From the NCBI GenBank assembly GCA_050246755.1, contig JBFWVL010000001.1, positions 1,472,001 to 1,536,000 on the forward strand: a DNA stretch of 64,000 nucleotides, written 5' to 3'. The notes beneath the pieces were generated by a model. That model was not told where the DNA came from. It was given only the letters and a program-made list of their open reading frames with translations, and made no database searches. Position 1 is the stretch's first letter, and each line of letters opens with the position of its first letter. Source of the DNA: Bacteriovoracia bacterium (GTDB taxonomy: Bacteria > Bdellovibrionota > UBA1018 > CAIPTA01). This document shows positions 21,564 to 29,474 of the stretch, one piece after another. A program made the translations under genes and the position numbers.

Positions 21564-23114
21564 ATGAAAATAGGGAACGTCTTCTTATCAATCGTCACCT
21601 TGGTGGGTGTACTAGCCGGTGGCGCAGCTTCTGCGCAAAGCCAGATGATCCAAGTGAATGGTCAGCTTCGTCCTGCATACCGCGAGGGTGAAGTGATCGT
21701 GAAATATAAAGACGGTGCCAACCGCTCTTTCCGCACGATGACGGCAATGTACTCGCGCGTGAACGTAGTGGCCGTTGATCGCTTCAAGGGCGCTTTCAAA
21801 AATTTCGAAAAGCTCACGTTCAACACCTCCAACCTCTCGGTGGAACAAGTGGTGGCCGACATTCAGCGTGATCCTTCGGTTGAATACGTTCAGCCGAACT
21901 ACATGCTCTACGCTTTCCCCAATCAGCTTGCGCAGCCGAAGAAGCTCGGCGAGCCCTGCATGATTCCCGGAATTCCTTATCCTCCCGGCTGTGAAGACAG
22001 CGGCGGCGGAGGCGGCGGAACCCCTCCTCCCGGCGGCGGTCAGCCCTGCTTGATCCCCGGCATCCCTTATCCCCCAGGCTGTGAAGACGGCGGTGGTGGC
22101 GGAGGCGGCGGTGGACCCACTCCTCCTCCTGCAAACCGTCCGGCAATCCCAGCATTGCCCGCGGAAGTGAATCCCCCCGTTGCGGATCCGAATCTTTCGC
22201 AAGCATGGGGCGTACTAAAAGTTTCCGCTGATAAGGCATGGTCTATCGAGAAAGGCTCCAAGAACCTCATCGTGGCCGTGATCGATACCGGCGTGGACTA
22301 TACCCACCCTGACTTGGCTTTCAATATCTGGAGAAATCCTAAGGCATTGAACGCGGTTAAGACCGGCGTAGACGCACAAGGTGACGAAATCACCGGTGAC
22401 GTTGTGGGCTGGGATTTCGTGCACAACGACAACCTTCCTTACGACGACAACGAGCACGGCACGCACTGCGCCGGCACTATCGGTGCTGTGGGCGGCGACG
22501 GACAAGGTGTTTCGGGTGTGAACCAACGTGTTTCCATCATGGCAGTGAAATTCCTCTCCGGCCAAGGCAGCGGCACCACCGCTGACGCCATCAAAGGAAT
22601 CGACTATGCCGTGAGCCGCGGCGCTAAAGTTCTCTCCAACTCTTGGGGCGGCAAAGGCGACGACGGAAACAACGCCCTGAAAGACGCTATCCTCCGCGCT
22701 CAAGCGAAGGGTGTGCTTTTCATCGCGGCCGCTGGTAACGATTCCACCAACAACGACAGCGACCCGGTTTACCCCGCCGCTTTCAACTTGGAAAACATGA
22801 TCACCGTAGCTGCTACGAGCGAGACTGATGGGCTGGCCTACTTCTCGAACACCGGCGCTAAATCGGTGCACGTGGGAGCTCCCGGTACGAACGTATACAG
22901 CACTGTTCCTGGCAATAAGTACAACAAGCTCTCGGGTACCTCGATGGCTTGTCCGCACGTTGCCGGCGCAGCCGCCCTCGTATGGTCGCACTTCCCGAAC
23001 GCAGACTTCAAAGAGATCAAGCGCCGCTTGATGGATTCTGGGGATGCTGTCGGCGCCCTTTCAGGTAAGACCATTACCGGAAAGCGCATCAACGTACTCA
23101 ACGCTCTTAACTAA
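21564..23114 (+). CDS. Secreted subtilisin-like serine protease (S8) with propeptide and Gly/Pro repeat insert
   Basis: Triad motifs VIDTG, HGTHCAG and SGTSMA; oxyanion AAGN; GGAGG before ATG 21564. Confidence 0.95.
   Translation: MKIGNVFLSIVTLVGVLAGGAASAQSQMIQVNGQLRPAYREGEVIVKYKDGANRSFRTMTAMYSRVNVVAVDRFKGAFKNFEKLTFNTSNLSVEQVVADIQRDPSVEYVQPNYMLYAFPNQLAQPKKLGEPCMIPGIPYPPGCEDSGGGGGGTPPPGGGQPCLIPGIPYPPGCEDGGGGGGGGGPTPPPANRPAIPALPAEVNPPVADPNLSQAWGVLKVSADKAWSIEKGSKNLIVAVIDTGVDYTHPDLAFNIWRNPKALNAVKTGVDAQGDEITGDVVGWDFVHNDNLPYDDNEHGTHCAGTIGAVGGDGQGVSGVNQRVSIMAVKFLSGQGSGTTADAIKGIDYAVSRGAKVLSNSWGGKGDDGNNALKDAILRAQAKGVLFIAAAGNDSTNNDSDPVYPAAFNLENMITVAATSETDGLAYFSNTGAKSVHVGAPGTNVYSTVPGNKYNKLSGTSMACPHVAGAAALVWSHFPNADFKEIKRRLMDSGDAVGALSGKTITGKRINVLNALN
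21952..22088 (+). repeat. Two 47-bp direct repeats (90-bp period) encoding PC(M/L)IPGIPYPPGCED
   Basis: Copies at 21952-21998 and 22042-22088. Confidence 0.9.
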
Positions 23115-23137
23115 GAACGCTAGTACTCAGAAACGAG

Positions 23138-23165
23138 GAGGGGGCTTAACCGCCCCTTTCTTTTT
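23138..23165 (+). terminator. Intrinsic terminator after the S8 protease
   Basis: ggggc-ttaacc-gcccc followed by tttcttttt. Confidence 0.65.
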
Positions 23166-23222
23166 GATTTTATTATAAATAATGTTTATGTAAAATAAAC
23201 AACCGTTTAAAGGGGAGAAGCT

Positions 23223-23993
23223 ATGAAGCCCGTATTGATCTTGGTCTTGCTGTGTTCTATTTCTGGTTCGGCATTCGCTTCCGGGGTGGAGCTGGCCATA
23301 GTGGCAAGCTTGCCGAACGAAAAAATGAGTTTCGTGCGAGAAACCTTGCGCGAAAAATTCGATTTCACGGGCAAGCCGGGTAATACGGACTACGCCACGG
23401 CGATCACTTACTTCGCCCAAAAAAATGGAGTGCAAACCGTGAGCGCCATCCAGGTTCTTACGGAAGAAGGCTCGGTAACCACGGACCATTTTCATCAAGG
23501 GCTGGAACTTGGCGCTTCTCAGGCTCCAATCGTGCTGGCTCCCTTGGGTGGAGCAGATATGCAAAGTAGCTGCCTTAAAATGGCGGCGCAGCCTCAGACC
23601 GCATTCCTGTTGCCCATAGGATCTGATGCAGCATTCGATAACGGAGCTTTAGAACCGGCTTGTTACTCCGCTAATATTTTATTCGTGGGTGGGATGAATA
23701 AAGAGCTTACTGAGCTAGCGGTTAACCAGACCTATGGCACCAAGGCTCGCATCGGAGTTCCCTACGTAACCCTTACGGCCCCAGTGGGCGAAGATGGACG
23801 TACCATAACGTACACGTCGAAGGCTTTCGGTCTTGGCATGCTCGCCGGTAAGATGGCCGCGCTCCTGCGGGAAGAGCCCTCTTTGCGCGGCGGGACGCTC
23901 ATCCAGCGTTTTGTTGATACCAAAACGGCTTATCTGCCCTCTTTATTGGGTAAGGTCCGCGACGCCCGTGCGCTCGTAGACGTGGAGTACTAA
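23223..23993 (+). CDS. Secreted subtilase-fold protein lacking the catalytic triad (pseudoprotease)
   Basis: Signal peptide; motifs colinear with the neighbouring S8 catalytic domain, but D/H/S absent. Confidence 0.65.
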   Translation: MKPVLILVLLCSISGSAFASGVELAIVASLPNEKMSFVRETLREKFDFTGKPGNTDYATAITYFAQKNGVQTVSAIQVLTEEGSVTTDHFHQGLELGASQAPIVLAPLGGADMQSSCLKMAAQPQTAFLLPIGSDAAFDNGALEPACYSANILFVGGMNKELTELAVNQTYGTKARIGVPYVTLTAPVGEDGRTITYTSKAFGLGMLAGKMAALLREEPSLRGGTLIQRFVDTKTAYLPSLLGKVRDARALVDVEY

Positions 23994-24010
23994 GCTCGAT
24001 TTTTTTCCGT

Positions 24011-24043
24011 AAGGGGGCTGGGCTCGGGCTTAGCCCCCTTTTC
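24011..24043 (+). terminator. Intrinsic terminator
   Basis: aagggggct...agccccctt stem followed by tt. Confidence 0.7.
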
Positions 24044-24157
24044 TATTCGTTTTAGGCCTCCAACAAAATCCTAACAATACTCATCTTTACCCTCTGATTT
24101 TGGGGGGTTAAAAAGAAAATTAGCTAAACGAAAGACATCCTAAAAAGGGAAGTAAGT

Positions 24158-24493
24158 ATGAAGTTCCTCCTGAGTTTCCTGGCCCTCGCCACGATTTCCT
24201 CTTCTGCCTTCGCGGCCACCACGGTTCTCGAGTGTAAGGGCAATACGCTTAACGGCAATCCCCGTCGTATCGAGATCCAGGCGAATGCCATCACCGTAAT
24301 ATTCGACGACCAATCCGTGATGAGCGGCGAAACGTCGAGCCAAAATCGCGGTTCCCCCAATACTTATTTCAACGTGGTGGGCTTCGATTACGGAATTCCC
24401 AAAGCGCTCCTCAACGGACGCGTAAAAGAAGCCGGCGTGCTGATCTCAAGCTATGACTATCCCTACGAGGAAGTAAGCTGCACTCGTCAGTAA
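24158..24493 (+). CDS. Small secreted hypothetical protein (two Cys)
   Basis: Signal peptide ending AFA; AAGGGA RBS. Confidence 0.7.
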   Translation: MKFLLSFLALATISSSAFAATTVLECKGNTLNGNPRRIEIQANAITVIFDDQSVMSGETSSQNRGSPNTYFNVVGFDYGIPKALLNGRVKEAGVLISSYDYPYEEVSCTRQ

Positions 24494-24538
24494 AGAAGTA
24501 ATGGAAGGATCCATATAAAGAGGATGCCGCCAATGAGA

Positions 24539-24572
24539 AAGGGCCGAAGTACCTTTCGGTACTCCGGCCCTT
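24539..24572 (-). terminator. GAAA-tetraloop hairpin or terminator downstream of dksA
   Basis: Minus strand reads aagggccggagtacc-gaaa-ggtacttcggccctt. Confidence 0.65.
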
Positions 24573-24652
24573 AACGGCCATGCCCATGGCCTTTTAGCGC
24601 GTCCAGCGCCCCTTCTTCTCCATCCTAGAGAAGGTTATCCCCCCGGATAAAA

Positions 24653-25078
24653 CTAAACTTTGAAGTCCACGGCGTCGCCGAGGCTCTTATGGCGTCGTCC
24701 TTCGGCATTGAGAGCTTCACTGCGCTCGGCGGCCTCTTTGCATTCGATGCAAAGTTCGGCCGTAGGACGAGCCTCAAGGCGCTTCACGCTGATTTCTCCG
24801 CCGCAACCAAGGCACTGGCCGTAGGTCCCGTCTTTGATGCGCAGAAGGGCTTCTTCCACCTTGCGGAAGTAGAGGCTTTCGCGATTTCCGAGGCGCATTT
24901 TCATTCCGCGTTCGGTATCGGCGAGGGCCATGTCCACTTCGTCGAGGATTTCGTTCTGGTCCACGCTGAAATCTACGCGAATGGTTTTACCATTCGAGAG
25001 AATTTCGTCGCGCTGCGCTTGCAGCTGAAGCAGAAGAGCTTGGATAGAGAGTTCATTTTTTTTCAATTCGTTGTTCAT
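24653..25078 (-). CDS. dksA: DksA/TraR family C4 zinc-finger protein
   Basis: Coiled-coil tip DEVD; GTYGQCLGC, RLEARPTA and LCIECK motifs. Confidence 0.88.
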   Translation of the reverse strand: MNNELKKNELSIQALLLQLQAQRDEILSNGKTIRVDFSVDQNEILDEVDMALADTERGMKMRLGNRESLYFRKVEEALLRIKDGTYGQCLGCGGEISVKRLEARPTAELCIECKEAAERSEALNAEGRRHKSLGDAVDFKV

Positions 25079-25174
25079 AAAAGAGTCCTTCTAAAAAACG
25101 AGGCGCGCATTCCTAATGCGCCTCAAATATTTTGGTAATCCGACTTTGTCTCTAAGGCGGGAGGGAGGTCCCGT

Positions 25175-25762
25175 TTAGGGTTGACCTTTAAGGTCTTTGA
25201 GAATCAGTTTGGACAGACCCTTTAGAGTCTCCAAGACGCCGACTCCATCGCTGGCCACTGCTTCAAATGCAGGATGACCGCTCGGATTAAGGACCTTTTC
25301 CATTTCCGGGAGCGGGCAGACGTTAGGCAAATCACGTTTGTTGAACTGGTGCACGAGTGGGATAGATTCGAGTTCATAGCCTTGCTCCTCTAAATTCTCT
25401 CGGAGGGTGGCGAAACTTTCTAAGTTCGCCTCCATCCGGGTTACTTGGCTATCTGATACAAGGACTATGCCGTCGACTCCTCTTAGAATTAAACGCCGGC
25501 TGGCGTCGTAGTAGCTCTGGCCGGGCACCGTATAGAGATGAAAACGAATACGGAAGCCCCTCAGCGTACCGAGCGCTAAGGGCAGAAAATCAAAGAACAA
25601 AGTGCGTTCGTTATCCGTCTGCAGGCTGATCATTTTGCCTTTGCCGTCGGGATGGGTCTGCGAATAAATATACTGCAAATTCGTGGTCTTACCGCTCATC
25701 GAGGGACCGAAGTATACGATCTTGCAGTTAATTTCTTTTGAGTTGTAGTTAACGAAGCTCAT
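25175..25762 (-). CDS. mglA: Small Ras-like GTPase MglA
   Basis: EINCKIVYFGPSMSGKTTN, RTLFFDFLP, YTVPGQ and NKRD motifs. Confidence 0.96.
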   Translation of the reverse strand: MSFVNYNSKEINCKIVYFGPSMSGKTTNLQYIYSQTHPDGKGKMISLQTDNERTLFFDFLPLALGTLRGFRIRFHLYTVPGQSYYDASRRLILRGVDGIVLVSDSQVTRMEANLESFATLRENLEEQGYELESIPLVHQFNKRDLPNVCPLPEMEKVLNPSGHPAFEAVASDGVGVLETLKGLSKLILKDLKGQP

Positions 25763-25774
25763 AGATAAGTGGCC

Positions 25775-26368
25775 TCAACTACGAGCGTTTTCGAAGAGAC
25801 GATCGATTTCGTCGTCGGTGATATCGGAAAAGAGGGTGGAATCTTTCTCGGTAAGATTTTCCAGTGGGGCCGAATTTTCCGACCCCAGTGGTGGCATTGT
25901 GGCCCCGCTAGATTTTGCCCTGGGCTCACTTTCGCTGGCAGCCCTTTCAGATTCTTGCAGCTCCCACTGCTCGGGATTGGCCACGCCCAGGCGCTCGAAG
26001 GTTTCGGCGTAACGCCTTACTTTCATGCGGAATAGGCCGGGATTCAGAGGCTGATCGTAAAGCGCCGCCAGCCAGTGGTCGGAACCTACAGCTACGGTAT
26101 AGAGCCCTACCTCATCCGAGTCGCAAGCGAAGCGCGTAGGGGAGTCGGAGGCGCTCCCGAGCTGGCCCATGGATTTTCCGGCCGCAATCATCGCGGCGGC
26201 GAGGGCGGCGATACTGGGAAAGTGAGTGTCCTCGAGCCAGCCGGACCGATACAAGATTTGTCCACTCTCGTGAAAAAGAATCACGGCCTTGGTGCCGAGT
26301 TCGTGGCTCATCCGCTGGATCAAGCTTTGGAGGCTGGGCTGCTGGGAAGACGCGCCGGTTCCTAGCAC
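25775..26368 (-). CDS. mglB: Roadblock/LC7 protein MglB (divergent, extended linker)
   Basis: Roadblock pattern; C-terminal FSDITDDEIDRLF like myxobacterial MglB; lies between recR and mglA. Confidence 0.8.
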   Translation of the reverse strand: MLGTGASSQQPSLQSLIQRMSHELGTKAVILFHESGQILYRSGWLEDTHFPSIAALAAAMIAAGKSMGQLGSASDSPTRFACDSDEVGLYTVAVGSDHWLAALYDQPLNPGLFRMKVRRYAETFERLGVANPEQWELQESERAASESEPRAKSSGATMPPLGSENSAPLENLTEKDSTLFSDITDDEIDRLFENARS

Positions 26369-26991
26369 TCGGTTCTATTCTCCAGCGCACGGCCGAGGGT
26401 GCCGCGGTCGGCGTATTCGATCGATCCGCCCATGGGAAGGCCGTAGGCTATTTTATAGAGACGAACGCCAAGGGGCTTCATCAGACGCGTGACATAAAGT
26501 GCGGTAGCTTCGCCTTCCACGCTGGGGTTCAGCGCGAGCACGATTTCCTTTTTAGCGAGGGTGGGACTGGTATCCATCCAGCCGCGTACGCGGCGCAGGA
26601 GTTCCTGCACGCGTATTTGATCGGGACCGATACCGTCTACCGGGGAAAGAGTGCCGTGCAGCACGTGGTAAGTGCCTTTGAACTTCCCGGAGGATTCGAG
26701 GGCGCGCACGTCGCTCGGGCGCTCCACTACGCAAATGGAATCTTGGGAGCGAAGAGGATTCACGCAAATTTCGCAGAGATCGCTCTCGGTATAAGTGAAG
26801 CATTGGGCGCAGAGATGAATTTTTTCTTTGGCCTTGAGCAAAGCATCCGTGAGGCGGCGCACGCGATCGGAATCGGCGTTTAGCAGATGGTAGGCCAGGC
26901 GCGTGGCGGACTTTTCACCGATTCCCGGCAGCTTGGAAAGCTCGTGCACGAGTTGGGTGAGGGCGTCAGCGGTGGACGGAAGAAAAGACAT
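26362..26991 (-). CDS. recR: Recombination mediator RecR
   Basis: LPGIGEKSA, C4 zinc finger, CVVE, YHVLHG and EGEATA motifs. Confidence 0.97.
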   Translation of the reverse strand: MSFLPSTADALTQLVHELSKLPGIGEKSATRLAYHLLNADSDRVRRLTDALLKAKEKIHLCAQCFTYTESDLCEICVNPLRSQDSICVVERPSDVRALESSGKFKGTYHVLHGTLSPVDGIGPDQIRVQELLRRVRGWMDTSPTLAKKEIVLALNPSVEGEATALYVTRLMKPLGVRLYKIAYGLPMGGSIEYADRGTLGRALENRTEC

Positions 26992-27009
26992 TAGGCCTCC
27001 GCCTTTAGC

Positions 27010-27351
27010 TTAGAACATGCCCGGGGGTAGGGGAAGGCCCCCGAACGCCCCGCCCATCATTTGGGATTCTAACTCTTTGGATTTTTTCAGGGCCTCGCTC
27101 ACGGCGCCCTTCACCATCTCGGAAAGCATTTCGGCATCGGCGCCCTCGAGGGCCTCGGGTGCGATCGTGAGGGAGAGCAATTCCTGCTTGCCACTCACCA
27201 CGGCCTTCACGGCACCGCCGCCGGCAGAAGCCTCCACCGATTTGGTGGCGAGCTCGGCCTGCATTTGTTCCATCTTTTTCTGCATCTGCTGTGCTTGTTG
27301 CATCAGCTGCTGCATATTTCCCATTCCGCCCATTGGTCCACGTGGTTTCAT
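27010..27351 (-). CDS. ybaB: Nucleoid-associated protein YbaB/EbfC
   Basis: MQQLMQQAQQMQ and SAGGGAV motifs; lies between dnaX and recR. Confidence 0.93.
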   Translation of the reverse strand: MKPRGPMGGMGNMQQLMQQAQQMQKKMEQMQAELATKSVEASAGGGAVKAVVSGKQELLSLTIAPEALEGADAEMLSEMVKGAVSEALKKSKELESQMMGGAFGGLPLPPGMF

Positions 27352-27362
27352 GATTCCGTCTC

Positions 27363-29138
27363 CTAAGACTTGGCTTTATCTATATCAAAACTGGAAAGTT
27401 CCGCGCCAAAGATTTCTTTCGTGTTCTTCACGATCTCGTGAGAAAGAAAGCGCGTTTTTGCGTCTGCGGCACTTAGGGCCTGGCTCGTTTTTTCTTTTTC
27501 GCGCATGGAGGCCACGGGACTCTTTGCTTCGCTCTCGGCCACGGCTTCCAGCGCGAGGCGCACGGCGCGGTGGGTATAAGAGCGTAGGTGAGTTTGCAGC
27601 TGCTCAAAATTGGTTTTGTGCTGGGCCTGGAGCAAATAGAAAGAATGGCTTTTGCGGAATCCCAAACGGATGCTTTCAGCTTTTGCCCAATCGTCCGTGT
27701 CGCTCAGGGGCAGGGCATGTTCGAGCAGAGCCCCGAGGCTAGGTTTCTGCTGGAGCACATACTTCACGAAATCTTCGAAGTTGGGCACGCCCACGGGGCC
27801 GGCGGGAGTGCCGGGCAGGCCCGCGGTTTCCATTTCGGCCAATACGCTAACTTTTCCGGGCGGGGCCAGGATTGGAGCTACCGAAGGACTTTTTTTTTCC
27901 GCGAAGGATGGGGGCGCGACTGGGGCCTTAGCGGACGGAGGGGTTGCACGGGAAGCGTTAGCCCCGCCGGAAGAACCCAGCTGCATCGTTCCGTTCTGCA
28001 TGGTGCGCAATAATTCTTCGAGGGATTTCAGGTGCCCGATTCCCGCTAGGCGCGCTAGCGCCATCTCGAGGCTGGCTTTGGGCAGAGGGCTGCGCAAAAT
28101 TTCTTCGAGCGCGGTGGTCATGGCGCGGTAGGCGGCCTGAATGGTCTCCGGCGAAAGAGTTTGCACGAGCTCTTCGTACTCGGCTCTTTCCTCGGGAGAA
28201 AGCTCGGTGAGCGAGGCATCGGCGCGGAATTTCACGAAGAGTGCATTCCGGAGCGTTTCCGAAAGGCTGATCGCGATCTGCTTCATTTCGATGCCGCCGA
28301 GGAAGGCCTCCTGCACCATCGCCGCGGCCTCCACAAGTTCACGCTTGAAGGTGTGGTTCAATACTTTCACGAGAAACGTTTCGCTCACGATGCCGAGCGC
28401 TTCGCTCACGCTCTCGATGGTGAGCTCGGTGCCGCCGAGCGCGAGACACTGATCGAGAGAAGAAAGCGCGTCGCGCACGGAGCCCTCGGCTTTTTTCGCG
28501 ATCAAGCGGATAGCGGCCGGCGCGGCCTTGATTCCCTCGAGCTTCGAGAGCTTGGCCAAATGTTCGGCGATCTGGGTTTGCGGAACGCGGCGGAAATCGA
28601 ATCGCTGGCAGCGGGAAAGAATCGTGGCCGGGATTTTCTGTACTTCGGTGGTGGCGAGCAGGAACGTAACGTGAGGGGGGGGTTCTTCCAGCGTTTTCAG
28701 GAGCGCATTGAAGGCCGCGTTCGTGAGCATGTGCACTTCATCGATGATGTACACTTTCATGCGGCCGCGGGAAGGCAGGAACTTCACCTGCTCGCGCACT
28801 TCGCGCACGTTTTCTACGCCGTTGTTAGAGGCGCCGTCGATTTCCAGCACGTCGAGCGAAGAGCCGTTATTGATTTCGAGGCAGCTCGGGCATTTATCGC
28901 AGGCGATGCCGGGATGCTTACCGCCGGGCTGGGAATCTTTGTCTTCGCAACGCAAAGCCTTGGCAAAAATTCTGGCTACCGAAGTTTTTCCTACGCCGCG
29001 GGTGCCGGTGAGCAAATAGGCCTGGCCGAGTTTATTTTGCTTGAAGGCGTTGGTGAGCGTATGCGCGATATGCTGCTGGCCGACTAGCTCGGAAAACTGG
29101 CGGGGGCGGTATTTGCGGGCAAGTACGATGTACGACAT
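27363..29138 (-). CDS. dnaX: DNA polymerase III subunit gamma/tau
   Basis: LARKYRP, GTRGVGKT, IIDEVHML, LLKTLEEPP and SRC motifs. Confidence 0.98.
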   Translation of the reverse strand: MSYIVLARKYRPRQFSELVGQQHIAHTLTNAFKQNKLGQAYLLTGTRGVGKTSVARIFAKALRCEDKDSQPGGKHPGIACDKCPSCLEINNGSSLDVLEIDGASNNGVENVREVREQVKFLPSRGRMKVYIIDEVHMLTNAAFNALLKTLEEPPPHVTFLLATTEVQKIPATILSRCQRFDFRRVPQTQIAEHLAKLSKLEGIKAAPAAIRLIAKKAEGSVRDALSSLDQCLALGGTELTIESVSEALGIVSETFLVKVLNHTFKRELVEAAAMVQEAFLGGIEMKQIAISLSETLRNALFVKFRADASLTELSPEERAEYEELVQTLSPETIQAAYRAMTTALEEILRSPLPKASLEMALARLAGIGHLKSLEELLRTMQNGTMQLGSSGGANASRATPPSAKAPVAPPSFAEKKSPSVAPILAPPGKVSVLAEMETAGLPGTPAGPVGVPNFEDFVKYVLQQKPSLGALLEHALPLSDTDDWAKAESIRLGFRKSHSFYLLQAQHKTNFEQLQTHLRSYTHRAVRLALEAVAESEAKSPVASMREKEKTSQALSAADAKTRFLSHEIVKNTKEIFGAELSSFDIDKAKS

Positions 29139-29145
29139 TATTTAG

Positions 29146-29235
29146 AAGGGCAGAAAGGCATAAGGGCAGAGGGGCATAGTGGAGGAGATCCGCAGCTTGC
29201 CATTTTGCCTTATGCTATTTTCCCCTTTTGCCTTT
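29146..29235. repeat. Inverted pair of ~8-mer tandem repeat arrays in the dnaX leader
   Basis: aagggcag/aaaggcat/aagggcag/aggggcat facing ttgccatt/ttgcctt/atgctatt/ttcccctt/ttgccttt. Confidence 0.7.
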
Positions 29236-29248
29236 ATTAAAATTTAGT

Positions 29249-29350
<102 letters not shown>

Positions 29351-29420
29351 AAGGAAAGAAATAGCGTATTGGGGGTGGGGGAACAAGGAAATTGCCCGAA
29401 TTGCCGCAGAGCGCATGGGC

Positions 29421-29448
29421 AAAAAAAGAGGCCCAGTTTAGGGCCTCT
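29421..29448 (-). terminator. Intrinsic terminator of the TIGR02147 operon
   Basis: Minus strand gaggccc-taaact-gggcctc followed by T7. Confidence 0.75.
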
Positions 29449-29474
29449 CCGGAAACGATTTTTCTCTGCTAATT

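Noticed and set aside
21952-22140. CRISPR-like repeat-spacer
   Set aside because: Only two in-frame coding copies with synonymous differences; no cas genes
25100-25124. Hairpin upstream of dksA as a riboswitch
   Set aside because: A single short stem with no recognisable aptamer
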